From Gammaproteobacteria bacterium (GTDB lineage Bacteria; Pseudomonadota; Gammaproteobacteria; Eutrophobiales; Eutrophobiaceae): 64,000 nt of DNA. Both the position numbers and the translations under genes were made by a program. Below the pieces are notes generated by a model. The model was given only the letters and a program-made list of their open reading frames with translations, searched no databases and was not told where the DNA came from. The stretch spans positions 3,424,001-3,488,000 of the forward strand of contig OZ244905.1 in NCBI GenBank assembly GCA_965221695.1, read 5' to 3'. Shown here one piece after another: positions 1-8,940 of this stretch; positions within the stretch are counted from its first letter, which is position 1, and each line of letters opens with the position of its first letter.

Positions 1-648
1 TTCGACAGCGGTCTGGCCCTGGTCCACCTCGATGATGCTTTACTGCTGTTTGGGCGCGCCGGACCTGCGGGGTTGAGGCTGAAAACCACTGATGTAATGC
101 AGGCGCCGCGCCTCGGTAAGAAGGCAGTGCGCTTACTTCCTGAACAGTACGAAGTCGTGGACTGGACCAGCAGGCACGCGGTGTTTTTCCGGGCATTGAA
201 GACAGAGAAACGGGTGATGACGGTTATCCTGATGCTGATCATCGCGGTGGCGGCGTTCAATGTGATTGCAACCCTGATGATGGTGGTCAGGGACAAACAA
301 ACGGATATCGCGGTATTGCGTACCCTGGGCGCAGGCCCAGGCAGCATCATGAAGATTTTCATCATCCAGGGCAGCGTAATCGGCCTGGCCGGCATCATTA
401 TCGGGGTCTTGGGCGGCATGTGGCTGTCCGATAATATCAACGCCATCGTCACCGCCGCCGAGCAGTTGCTACGCGTCAGGTTGCTGTCGCCGGACGTATA
501 CTACATCAGTGAACTGCCTTCCGAGCTGCGCTGGCAGGATGTGGCCGTTACCGCGACGCTGGCGCTGCTGCTCGCAGTCGCGGGCACGATTTATCCGGCC
601 TGGCGCGCCGCCCAGGTACAGCCGGCAACGGTATTGAGATATGAGTAA
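1..648 (+). CDS. Lipoprotein-releasing ABC transporter permease, LolC/E family (5' truncated by window edge)
   Basis: Frame is open from base 1. Motifs [32 protein letters not shown] and [18 protein letters not shown]. Overlaps the next LolC/E gene. Confidence 0.93.
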   Translation, partial: FDSGLALVHLDDALLLFGRAGPAGLRLKTTDVMQAPRLGKKAVRLLPEQYEVVDWTSRHAVFFRALKTEKRVMTVILMLIIAVAAFNVIATLMMVVRDKQTDIAVLRTLGAGPGSIMKIFIIQGSVIGLAGIIIGVLGGMWLSDNINAIVTAAEQLLRVRLLSPDVYYISELPSELRWQDVAVTATLALLLAVAGTIYPAWRAAQVQPATVLRYE

Positions 649-1894
649 TCCGTTCGGCGCTTACCAGTTCTTCATCGGCCTGCGCTACGTGATGTCAAAG
701 CGCCGCAACCGGTTTATCTCGTTCATCTCGCTCATCTCGGCGCTGAGCATTGCATTGGGAGTGGTCGTGCTGATCACGGTACTGTCCGTGGTCAACGGTT
801 TTGAGAGAGTCCTGACCGAACACCTGCTGGGTATGGAAGCCGACGCGACCATTATCGGCTATGGTGATTCGCTCCGGGACTGGAAGGAAGTCGCGGCGCT
901 GGCGCAACGGCATCCAGGCATCAGCAGCGTGGCCCCCTATGTGGAATCCGAAGGCATGCTGACCTTCGGCCAAGAGGTCAAAGGTGTGGTGGCGCGTGGG
1001 ATCCTGCCGGAAGCGGAACCACAGGTGTCTTTTCTGCCGGAAAAAATGATCCGCGGGGAGCTGGAGGAGCTGGCGCCCGGAGAGTTCGGGATCATCCTGG
1101 GCGCAGACCTGATGGACCTGTTGCAGGCGCAGCCCGGGGACAGCGTGACACTGGTCTCGCCGGCGGCGAGAGTAACGCCTGCGGGCATTATCCCCAGGCT
1201 CAAGCGGTTTCGCGTGGTAGGCGTGTATAACACCGATATGTATGAATTCGACAGCGCGATGGTGTTTATTCACCTGGACGATGCGGTGCGGTTTTTTCGC
1301 ACGGGCAATCCCACCGGCCTGCGTCTGAAGACCACTGATGTGATGCAGGCGCCCCGGATCAGCAGGGAGGCTTTCCGCGATGTGCCCGGACGCTACGGCG
1401 TGATCGACTGGACCCAGAGACACGTGAATTATTTTCATTCGATCCGCATGACAAAAAAGATGATGTTCGTCATACTGGTCTTGATCATTGCCGTGGCGGC
1501 CTTCAATATCATCTCCACGCTGATGATGATGGTAACCGACAAGCAGGCCGACATCGCCGTGCTGCGCACCCTGGGCGCAGCGCCGCAAGATATTATGAAG
1601 ATATTCATTATACAGGGTACGGCGCTGGGCAGCGCCGGCATTATCCTTGGCGTTGCCGGCGGCGCCGGCCTGGCAACCCATATCGACTCCATGGCGGCCG
1701 CGGTGGAGCATTACCTGCAGGTGAAATTCCTGTCGCCGGAGGTGTACTTCATCAGTGAGCTGCCCGCCGACCTGTACTGGCCGGACGTTTTCGTGATTGC
1801 GCTGGCGGCCTTCGCCTGCGCGCTGCTGGCAACCTTGTATCCGGCCTGGCGGGCGGCGCGCACACAACCGGCGGAGGCGTTGCGTCATGAATGA
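641..1894 (+). CDS. Lipoprotein-releasing ABC transporter permease, LolC/E family
   Basis: [17 protein letters not shown]-terminus, [38 protein letters not shown]-terminal PAEALRHE. Directly upstream of lolD. Confidence 0.95.
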   Translation: MSNPFGAYQFFIGLRYVMSKRRNRFISFISLISALSIALGVVVLITVLSVVNGFERVLTEHLLGMEADATIIGYGDSLRDWKEVAALAQRHPGISSVAPYVESEGMLTFGQEVKGVVARGILPEAEPQVSFLPEKMIRGELEELAPGEFGIILGADLMDLLQAQPGDSVTLVSPAARVTPAGIIPRLKRFRVVGVYNTDMYEFDSAMVFIHLDDAVRFFRTGNPTGLRLKTTDVMQAPRISREAFRDVPGRYGVIDWTQRHVNYFHSIRMTKKMMFVILVLIIAVAAFNIISTLMMMVTDKQADIAVLRTLGAAPQDIMKIFIIQGTALGSAGIILGVAGGAGLATHIDSMAAAVEHYLQVKFLSPEVYFISELPADLYWPDVFVIALAAFACALLATLYPAWRAARTQPAEALRHE

Positions 1895-2570
1895 TGTGCT
1901 CACGCTGGCCTGTACCGGCCTGTGCAAAACATTCAGCGAAGGGGACTTGCACGTTGAGGTGTTGAAAGGCGTTGAGCTGGCGGTGCCGGCCGGGGTCTGC
2001 ATTGGGGTGGCCGGTTCGTCGGGATCGGGCAAGAGTACGCTGCTGCACCTGTTGGGTGGGCTGGATCAGCCCAGCGCCGGCGAGGTGACGGTGGATGGAG
2101 TCTCACTGGCGGCGTTGTCTGAAGTGGAAACCGGCGTGTTGCGTAACCAGAAACTGGGTTTCGTCTACCAGTTCCATCACCTGCTGGCGGAATTTACCGC
2201 GCTGGAGAACGTCGCGCTGCCGTTGCTGGTCAGGGGGGAGGCGGCGCAAACGGCCCGGGATGCCGCCGCTGAGATGCTGGCCGAGGTGGGCCTGGAACAG
2301 CGCTTGCGGCATAAGCCCGGGGAATTGTCGGGTGGTGAAAGGCAGCGGGCGGCCATCGCCCGGGCGCTGGTGACGCGCCCCCGCTGTGTGCTCGCGGACG
2401 AACCCACCGGCAACCTGGATGAACAGACCGCGGCCCGAGTGTTTTCGGTCATGCTGGAGTTGAACAGGACACACGGCATCAGCATGGTCATGGTCACCCA
2501 CAATACCCGCCTGCTCGACAAGCTGGACCAGGTATACGAATTGAGTGACGGTAAGCTACACTCCAGCTAA
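1887..2570 (+). CDS. lolD: Lipoprotein-releasing system ATP-binding protein LolD
   Basis: Walker [46 protein letters not shown]. The ATG at 1887 overlaps the end of the upstream gene. Confidence 0.95.
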   Translation: MNDVLTLACTGLCKTFSEGDLHVEVLKGVELAVPAGVCIGVAGSSGSGKSTLLHLLGGLDQPSAGEVTVDGVSLAALSEVETGVLRNQKLGFVYQFHHLLAEFTALENVALPLLVRGEAAQTARDAAAEMLAEVGLEQRLRHKPGELSGGERQRAAIARALVTRPRCVLADEPTGNLDEQTAARVFSVMLELNRTHGISMVMVTHNTRLLDKLDQVYELSDGKLHSS

Positions 2571-2594
2571 TATTCAGATCACAGGGATTGTTTC

Positions 2595-4901
2595 ATGTTT
2601 TTCAAAGGATTGTTATTTCTCACCGGCGTTATCGCCTGTTTGCGCCTGGCGAGCCTGCCACCAGTCTGGTTTGCGTTCGGATTGCCATTGCTTGCCTGGT
2701 TGGCCTGGCGCTGCCGCCGTTGCCGCTACCCTTGTTGGGCGCTTGGCGGTTTTCTCTGGGCGCTGCTCAATGCCCAGCTATTATTACAGCAACAATTGTT
2801 GCCGCGCGATGAAGGCAAATCACTGGACGCGATCGGCGTGGTCGTCTCACTGCCCGAGACAAGAGGGACATCGACGCGCTTTAACTTTCGTGTAGAACAA
2901 CTTCAACAACATGGTCACCCGGTCACGTCCAATCCCGGCAAGGTAAGATTGAGCTGGTATCAAGGCAGCCAATCGGTGCGGCCGGGAGAGCAATGGCGGC
3001 TGAAGATCAGGCTGAAACGGCCGCGCGGCTATATGAACCCCGGCGGTTTCGATTACGAGTCCTGGCTGTTCCAGAACCGCCTGCGCGCCACCGGCTACGT
3101 GGTCGATGATAACAACAATGCCCGTCTGCGGCCTGCCGGCAGGTTCAACCCCGATTCCCTGCGCTTTGCGTTGAGAGAAAAGATTCGAGCGGGGTTTCCA
3201 AACGACCCGCTGGCCGCGCTGGTCCCGGCCCTGGCGGTCGGCGACCGGAGCGCGCTGAGCGATGCGCAATGGCGGGCGCTGACCGTAACCGGCGCCAACC
3301 ACCTGATAGCGATTTCCGGCTTGCATATCGGCCTGGTGGCCGGCCTCACCTACCTGCTGTTGCTGAAGCTGTGGGGGGTGTTGCCGATATTTGCCTACGG
3401 TCCGCTCGGTAATATCCCCCCAATCAGGGCCGCAGCGCTGGGTGCGATGCTGGCGGCTCTGGTCTATGCGTTACTGGCCGGGTTTTCGTTGCCTACACAA
3501 CGCGCCTTGATCATGCTCTGGGTGTATTTTGGCATGAAGTTATACGACCGCTCGGCGCCCGCGGGCGATGTGCTGGGGGTAGCGTTAATTGCAGTTTTGA
3601 TCCTGGACCCGCTTGCTCCGATGGCGGCGAGTTTTTGGTTGTCGTTCGGCGCCGTGGCAGTGATATTTTACGGTGTCAGCTACCGGGTTCATTTGGGCCG
3701 GCACAAGTTGCGGGAAGCAGTCAGGGTGCAGTATATCGTCACGCTGGGCCTGGCGCCGGCGCTGGCCTTGTACTACCAGCAGATACCGGTGTTGAGTCTG
3801 CTTGCGAACCTGTTCGCAGTGCCTTGGGTCAGTTTTGTCCTGATACCCCTGATATTCGGCGGCTGCCTGCTGTTGTTATTCGAGGTGGAGTTGTTGCTGG
3901 AGCTTGCCCTGCTGGCCTTACGCGTGTTGTGGTGGGTGTTGGCGTACTTTGCCGGATGGGAATTCCAGTTGCTTCCGGTCGCACGTCCGGAACTGCCGGT
4001 CCTCGCGTTTGCCACCATCGGCGTGATGATCCTGTTATTACCCCGAGGCAGCCCCGGCAGGTGGTTGGGCGCACTCTGGCTCGCCCCGTTACTGTTCAGC
4101 GCCAGGCCGGGACCCGGATTCGGCGAGGTTGTTATGACCGTGCTAGACGTCGGGCAAGGGCTTGCGGTGGTTGTGCGCACACAGGATCACGCCATGCTCT
4201 ACGATACCGGACCCGGCTACGCGTCCGGTTTCAACACCGGCGCCGCGGTGGTCACGCCGTTTCTGCGCAACTCGGGGATCCGCAAGCTGGATTTGCTTGT
4301 GCAAAGCCACGGCGACAATGATCATATCGGCGGCTTGCCGGGCGTCCTGCAGGAAGTCCCCGTAGACCGGATCATCAGCAGCGTGCCTGATAAGGTTTCA
4401 CATCCGCAGGTTCGGGATTGCCGGGATGGCCAGTCCTGGCGCTGGGATGGCGTGCAGTTTGAGGTCTTGCATCCGGTTGCAGGCGTGGAGATGTCCGCCA
4501 ATGACCGCTCATGCGTCGTGCGGGTTCGCGCGCGCAACCTGACCCTGTTGTTGTCCGGCGATATCGAGCAGGCAGCCGAGCGAGGCCTGCTTCAGCGTCA
4601 CCGCACAGGCTTGAAATCGGACGTGCTGGTGGTCCCGCACCACGGCAGCAAGACCTCCTCAACCGGTGATTTTATCCGGACCGTTGATCCAGACATCGCC
4701 ATTTTCCCGGTAGGTTACAGGAACCGCTTCGGACTGCCCAACCGGGATGTGGTTGCCCGTTACCGGGAACACGGCGCCCGATTGTTGAGCGCCGCCGAGA
4801 GCGGCGCGATCCGCATCCGCACATCCAACTCGGACCTGACAATCACTGAGCATAGGGAAAAACACCGCCGATTCTGGCATACCGGCCCGTCCGGATTTTA
4901 G
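2595..4901 (+). CDS. comEC: DNA internalization competence protein ComEC/Rec2
   Basis: NPGGFDYE, HLIAISGLHIG competence-domain motif, C-terminal MBL domain (LDVGQG, SHGDNDHIGG, PHHGS). Usual position after lolD. Confidence 0.95.
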   Translation: MFFKGLLFLTGVIACLRLASLPPVWFAFGLPLLAWLAWRCRRCRYPCWALGGFLWALLNAQLLLQQQLLPRDEGKSLDAIGVVVSLPETRGTSTRFNFRVEQLQQHGHPVTSNPGKVRLSWYQGSQSVRPGEQWRLKIRLKRPRGYMNPGGFDYESWLFQNRLRATGYVVDDNNNARLRPAGRFNPDSLRFALREKIRAGFPNDPLAALVPALAVGDRSALSDAQWRALTVTGANHLIAISGLHIGLVAGLTYLLLLKLWGVLPIFAYGPLGNIPPIRAAALGAMLAALVYALLAGFSLPTQRALIMLWVYFGMKLYDRSAPAGDVLGVALIAVLILDPLAPMAASFWLSFGAVAVIFYGVSYRVHLGRHKLREAVRVQYIVTLGLAPALALYYQQIPVLSLLANLFAVPWVSFVLIPLIFGGCLLLLFEVELLLELALLALRVLWWVLAYFAGWEFQLLPVARPELPVLAFATIGVMILLLPRGSPGRWLGALWLAPLLFSARPGPGFGEVVMTVLDVGQGLAVVVRTQDHAMLYDTGPGYASGFNTGAAVVTPFLRNSGIRKLDLLVQSHGDNDHIGGLPGVLQEVPVDRIISSVPDKVSHPQVRDCRDGQSWRWDGVQFEVLHPVAGVEMSANDRSCVVRVRARNLTLLLSGDIEQAAERGLLQRHRTGLKSDVLVVPHHGSKTSSTGDFIRTVDPDIAIFPVGYRNRFGLPNRDVVARYREHGARLLSAAESGAIRIRTSNSDLTITEHREKHRRFWHTGPSGF

Positions 4902-4925
4902 TTCCCAGGCGATGCGATGATCGCG

Positions 4926-4973
4926 CCGGTAGTGGATTTGGCCGAAAGGCCCATCGCAATAGGCTTTTTTCAT
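4926..4973 (-). pseudogene. N-terminal remnant of an alpha/beta-hydrolase gene
   Basis: ATG at 4973 lies just downstream of the MetE-like gene with an AGGA upstream and encodes MKKAYCDGPFGQIHYR. This resembles the Y.D...GQIHYR start of alpha/beta hydrolases. The frame then runs into antisense comEC. Confidence 0.6.
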
Positions 4974-4989
4974 CTGCAATGGTTATTTC

Positions 4990-6174
4990 CTAAAATAGGC
5001 GCTCGGAAGCTATCGCCGCGCCCTCCGACAACATGCGCAGTTTTTCCCATGCCACATCCGGCGCGACCAGCAGGTACCCCGCAAAGGTGCTGAAACCACA
5101 GTCGGTGGAAGCAATGATGCGGCGCGGATCGCCGACTACCTCGGCAGCGGCCTCAATGCGGTCTGCCACCAGCAGCGGATGTTCCAGCATGTTGGTGGTG
5201 ACATCAATGACCCCCGGGAACAAGTCCATGCCCGGCGGCAGCGGATATTGTTTCAGCAGTTTCAATTCGTGCGCATGGCGGGGATTGGCAAAGGCAAAAC
5301 TGATGGCGCCGACTTTTGCTTCGTACATCACCGGCAGCAGGGGTTCGAGCTCAATATCATCGATATGTGGCCCGTCCCAGTTGCCCCAGCAGACATGCAA
5401 GCGCACCTGCTCCCGCGGAATACCGGAGATGGCATGATTGAGCGCCCTGATATGCAAGGCCATCCTGTCGAGAAATTCATCCAGGGTTTTATCGAGATAA
5501 AGGATCTGCCATTCGAGGATGTCCGGGGCATCGATTTGCAGCACGTGGCCCCGTTGAACGATGAGTTCATATTCGTGCCGGAGTTCTTCCGCCAATCCCA
5601 TCACATACTCTTCATCGTCGGCGTAATCCGGGTTGTCGGCGCTGCGCAGCAGGGTCGTCGACACGATGCCGGGACTCGCCGCGGTGACGAAGGTTTCCCG
5701 TATCCTGTCCCTGGCCTTATTACGATCCAGGGCTTCGGCAAACAGCGACAACTCCTGCTTCGCCGCGTATTGTTCGCTGTCGTATTTCACTGCGCAGCGG
5801 CAGGCCGGCATCGCAAAAAGAGATGCCGATTTCGTGGGTTGTTTGTCCTTGCCGAACTTCATCTCCGCATAACCGGGGAATTTGGCAAAATCCGTGACCG
5901 TGCCCCGGTGGCATTCACCGCCAAAACCGGTCATTCGATCCTTTACGTAAAAGGAAAAGCCCAGGCGCGGCATTTCTCCGTCACCGATGACGTCTATCCC
6001 CGTTTCCACCTGTTTCCGGATCGCATAATCAAGGTCTTTCCCTACCTGTTCCTGGAACTGCGCGTCGTCAACCGGCTGTCCCTGTTCCTTTTTTATCAGC
6101 AGGTCAATCAAATCAGGACTACGCGGCAGGCTGCCCACATGGGTGGTGATAATCCGGTCTTCACTGGTTTTCAT
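4990..6174 (-). CDS. Cobalamin-independent methionine synthase II-like (single-barrel MetE/EaCoMT family) Zn enzyme
   Basis: TTHVGSLPR, DGE, HVCWGN, NPRHAHE and STDCGF motifs; 394 aa. Confidence 0.85.
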   Translation of the reverse strand: MKTSEDRIITTHVGSLPRSPDLIDLLIKKEQGQPVDDAQFQEQVGKDLDYAIRKQVETGIDVIGDGEMPRLGFSFYVKDRMTGFGGECHRGTVTDFAKFPGYAEMKFGKDKQPTKSASLFAMPACRCAVKYDSEQYAAKQELSLFAEALDRNKARDRIRETFVTAASPGIVSTTLLRSADNPDYADDEEYVMGLAEELRHEYELIVQRGHVLQIDAPDILEWQILYLDKTLDEFLDRMALHIRALNHAISGIPREQVRLHVCWGNWDGPHIDDIELEPLLPVMYEAKVGAISFAFANPRHAHELKLLKQYPLPPGMDLFPGVIDVTTNMLEHPLLVADRIEAAAEVVGDPRRIIASTDCGFSTFAGYLLVAPDVAWEKLRMLSEGAAIASERLF

Positions 6175-6214
6175 TTATTTTCCCCTGAAAGTCAGTTGAA
6201 AGAGTACTAACCCG

Positions 6215-6988
6215 TCAGCTTTCCCATTCGACATTGCCATCAACACTGATCAACTGGCCGGTAATATGACGTCCCTTTGCGGATAACAGGTAATCCACCA
6301 TGTCCGCCAGTTCCTGCGGGTCCACGCCACAGCGCATTGAGATATAACGGGTATATTGTTCTCGCATCTGTTCCGGTGTAATGCCCTTGGAGGCCGCATT
6401 GCGATCGATAATCCCCTGCATGCGCGCATTGTTGATCATGCCCGGCAGTATCGCGTTGACACGGATATTACTCGGTCCCAACTCACGGGCTAGGTTCAAG
6501 GACAAGCCTTCGACGGCGTACTTGGAAACCACGTAAGGGGTGCGATACGGGATTCGTGTTTTGGTGGAACCGGAAGAGAAGTTGACGATGGCGCCGCGTT
6601 CCCGCGCCTTCATTCCGGGGACGACCTCCTTGATGGTATAGAGCATACCGTTGACATTTACCTGCATGACTTCATCCCAATCCTCCACCGTCATGTCTTC
6701 GATCAGCGCATGGGGGCCGGAAATCCCGACCACATTGACCAGCGCGTCGATGTCGCCGAGTGTTTCACCTGCTTCCAGGAACAGTTGTCTGACCTGCTCC
6801 CGATTGCCTACATCGGCCGGCGTGCCGGTGAGTCCGGGATTAGTTGCCAGAGTGGCGGTGAGCACATCCTCCCGCACATCGCAGATATGCACCTTGAAAC
6901 CGGATTTCAGTAGCGTGAGGGCAATCGCGAGGCCGGCGCTGTCAGCCCCGCCGGTGACGACGGCTGTTTGCAGTTGTTCGCTCATCAC
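6215..6988 (-). CDS. Short-chain dehydrogenase/reductase (SDR)
   Basis: VTGGADSAG nucleotide-binding loop, YVVSK catalytic motif, IRVNAILPG. Confidence 0.9.
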   Translation of the reverse strand: MMSEQLQTAVVTGGADSAGLAIALTLLKSGFKVHICDVREDVLTATLATNPGLTGTPADVGNREQVRQLFLEAGETLGDIDALVNVVGISGPHALIEDMTVEDWDEVMQVNVNGMLYTIKEVVPGMKARERGAIVNFSSGSTKTRIPYRTPYVVSKYAVEGLSLNLARELGPSNIRVNAILPGMINNARMQGIIDRNAASKGITPEQMREQYTRYISMRCGVDPQELADMVDYLLSAKGRHITGQLISVDGNVEWES

Positions 6989-6991
6989 ATA

Positions 6992-7957
6992 TCAATAGGA
7001 TGTGGGTTCAGCGGGCAACCCCAGCATCGCACGGGCCTGGGCCGGCGTCGCTACCTCCCGGTTCAGTTCCTGAGCGAGACGCGCCGTGCGCTTCACTGCT
7101 TCGGCATTGTTACTGAACTTCCTGCCACGGCTGTAATACAGGTTGTCTTCGAGTCCAACCCGCGCATGGCCGCCCATCAACATCGCCAGTGTGGTCAGTG
7201 GCAGTTGAAAAGGTCCAATGCCTGAGCAAAGCCAGACCGTCTGTTCGGGAAACTCGCGGAGCAGGTTCAAAGTATTTTCCGGGGTGGGGTAGCTCGCGGT
7301 CTGCGCCCCCATCACCGTCTGGATGAGATAGGGGGGGTCGATTAGTTCGTGCTGGATGAGATCCTGTATGACCCAGGCGCCGCCGGTGTGGTAGGTCTCC
7401 AGTTCCGGTCTTATGTCCCGTTTTTTCATCTCCGCGGCGAATTGCTCTATCTGCCCATAGCTGAAAGGCATACACATGTCGTAAACCTGTTCCGGTCTCG
7501 GATTGGGTAGCGGTGCCGGACGCGCCGGAATTTTGAACCGTGACATATCCGGGGTCAGGTTCAGGGAAGCCAGCTCCGGTTTTGCGTCCAGGCATGAGAG
7601 CCGTTCATCCATGGTCATCACCGGGTCACCGCCGGTGGTATTGTTGATGATGATATCAGGGCAGCGCGCGCGGATCTTGCTGTTGACTTCCCACCAGACC
7701 TCGGTGGTCGTCGCCCCCAAAGGCAGGTTGTCGGGCTTGCGGGCATGGACGTGGACCATGGAAGCCCCCGCCTCGTAGGCGGCATGAACCGAATCTGCGA
7801 TTTCATCCGCAGTTTCTGGCAGGGCCTCGTGCATCTCCTTACCCTGTATGCCGCCGTTGCAGGCGACTACGATCATGACCGGAGGCATACCGCGCCTTGT
7901 GTGTTGCATGAACTCGTAACTGTCCATGTAGTCCCAGGTCTGGTTTTGTTCGGGCAT
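6992..7957 (-). CDS. Beta-keto acid cleavage enzyme (BKACE/DUF849, 3-keto-5-aminohexanoate cleavage family)
   Basis: AGASMVHVHAR, NTTGG, PELASLN, PELE, GGHARVGLEDN, REVATPAQARAMLGL. Confidence 0.92.
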   Translation of the reverse strand: MPEQNQTWDYMDSYEFMQHTRRGMPPVMIVVACNGGIQGKEMHEALPETADEIADSVHAAYEAGASMVHVHARKPDNLPLGATTTEVWWEVNSKIRARCPDIIINNTTGGDPVMTMDERLSCLDAKPELASLNLTPDMSRFKIPARPAPLPNPRPEQVYDMCMPFSYGQIEQFAAEMKKRDIRPELETYHTGGAWVIQDLIQHELIDPPYLIQTVMGAQTASYPTPENTLNLLREFPEQTVWLCSGIGPFQLPLTTLAMLMGGHARVGLEDNLYYSRGRKFSNNAEAVKRTARLAQELNREVATPAQARAMLGLPAEPTSY

Positions 7958-7994
7958 ATGCGTTCCCCGTATCGTGTGGCAGGCAAAATTTTAC

Positions 7995-8022
7995 TTGTAC
8001 TATACTACAATGTTATCGATAA
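7995..8022. promoter_or_regulatory. Candidate operator palindromes in the divergent promoter region
   Basis: TTGTA-N6-TACAA at 7995-8010 and TTATCGATAA at 8013-8022, in the AT-rich gap between the divergent BKACE and SDR operons. Confidence 0.4.
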
Positions 8023-8154
8023 TCTAACCCATGTAATTTGGCAGTTTCTGCTGCTTCCGGGGTCAGAGTACAACCCATGAAAATATGCGCTGTAAGCCCG
8101 CATAGCAGTAGGTTTTACTCTGCCTGATGCTATCTTAAAACTGGAGGAATAATC

Positions 8155-8925
8155 TTGCGTTTTCAGGACAAAGTTGCTCTCGTTACCGGCGGTTCATCGG
8201 GTATCGGCCAGGCCGTCGCCGGTATTCTGGCCGGGGAGGGAGGGAAAGTCGCGGTAGTATCCGGTTCCAGCCTGGAAAAAGCGCAACAGGCCATCGCATC
8301 CTTCGATAATGCCGCGCAGCTACGCTCGCGGGCCTATGTGGCCGACGTGACCGATACCGGCGCCATCAAGGATCTTGTGCAGCAGGTTGCCACTGACCTG
8401 GGGGACATAGATATCCTGGTCAACAGCGCCGGATTGTTTTATCCCACACCAGTCGATGGCGCTACCGAGGAAGCCTTCGACAGGATGATGGACGTCAACC
8501 TCAAGGCCATGTTTTTTGCCATCGCGGAAGTAGCGCCGGCGATGAAGGCCAATGGCGGTGGCAAGATTGTCAACCTGTCATCGGTGGCCGGCGTAATAGG
8601 TGTTTCCCAGCACGCCGTTTACTGCGCGAGCAAGGCCGCCGTGATCATGCTGACCCGCACGCTTGCGTTGGAACTGGCTCCATACAGGATCAATGTCAAT
8701 GCCGTCGCGCCGGGCAACACGGAAACACCGATGAACGAACCTCTGCGTAACGACCAGGCTTTCGCTGCGATGCTGGAAGGTCTGAAGCAGGCCACACCCA
8801 GCCCCAGGACATTTACCCCGCCAACTGAGATGGCCCAGTGTGTCGCTTTTCTTGCTTCCGATGCGGCCGCCTCCATGTACGGCAGCACCCTGCTGGCCGA
8901 TGAGGGGGTCTCGGCGGGTCTTTGA
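8155..8925 (+). CDS. Short-chain dehydrogenase/reductase (SDR, FabG-like)
   Basis: TGGSSGIG, VNSAG, YCASK, NAVAPG. TTG start with a GGAGG RBS. Confidence 0.92.
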   Translation: MRFQDKVALVTGGSSGIGQAVAGILAGEGGKVAVVSGSSLEKAQQAIASFDNAAQLRSRAYVADVTDTGAIKDLVQQVATDLGDIDILVNSAGLFYPTPVDGATEEAFDRMMDVNLKAMFFAIAEVAPAMKANGGGKIVNLSSVAGVIGVSQHAVYCASKAAVIMLTRTLALELAPYRINVNAVAPGNTETPMNEPLRNDQAFAAMLEGLKQATPSPRTFTPPTEMAQCVAFLASDAAASMYGSTLLADEGVSAGL

Positions 8926-8940
8926 GCAGCGCCCGGACAA

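Noticed and set aside
695-2032. 445-aa minus-strand ORF, and similar long shadow ORFs (5179-6210, 11317-12369, 17964-19301, 20744-21823, 27088-28146, 35125-36042)
   Set aside because: They are antisense to well-supported genes, have no recognisable motifs, and are expected from codon bias in GC-rich DNA.
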